Below are positions 63,906 to 64,000 of a stretch of DNA of 64,000 nt, one piece after another. Within the stretch, counting starts at the first letter, position 1. Every line of letters begins with the position of its first letter. Origin of the DNA: Balanoglossus misakiensis (Eukaryota; Animalia; Hemichordata); contig CM082588.2 of NCBI GenBank assembly GCA_040954595.2, positions 4,032,156 through 4,096,155 on the forward strand, given 5' to 3'. A program made the translations under genes and the position numbers. Under the pieces are notes generated by a model. The model did not search any database. It had not been told where the DNA came from and saw only the letters and a list, made by a program, of their open reading frames with translations.

Positions 63906-64000
63906 CTGGAATTGAACAAACAAGGTATACAGCTTACATAAGAGAGTAGCTTGAAAAAGTTCACGGCCTTTAGTGACAACAGTTGGCAATCCACTGCTTA

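Noticed and set aside
63801-63989. 62-aa minus-strand ORF at the window end
   Set aside because: It spans intron sequence and is out of frame with the TONSL exon, which begins at the acceptor at 63905.

Overview
Eukaryotic genomic DNA: AT-rich, intron-containing and rich in repeats. Gene and repeat content suggest a marine invertebrate, plausibly a deuterostome such as a hemichordate; this is inference only. Three protein-coding loci are supported. (1) A globin X/neuroglobin-like gene with an uninterrupted CDS and an N-terminal MGC acylation motif (3431-3997, -). (2) A single-exon-CDS class A peptide GPCR resembling QRFP/RFamide receptors, with unusual substitutions in its conserved motifs (54126-55292, +). 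(3) The last eight coding exons of Tonsoku-like (TONSL; 58996-63905, -), which continues beyond the window. Between about 18.9 and 30.7 kb lies a composite repeat block: an internally palindromic 88-bp satellite with a 6-mer higher-order duplication, a 46-48-bp satellite, a triplicated ~235-bp module with splice-like signals on both strands, two long palindromes and a 209-bp tandem repeat. Elsewhere there is a TTAA-flanked palindromic MITE, a three-copy interspersed repeat, an L2/CR1-type LINE 3' remnant, microsatellites and many RFX X-box-like motifs, several next to candidate non-coding first exons of the globin. No rRNA, tRNA or CRISPR array was recognised.
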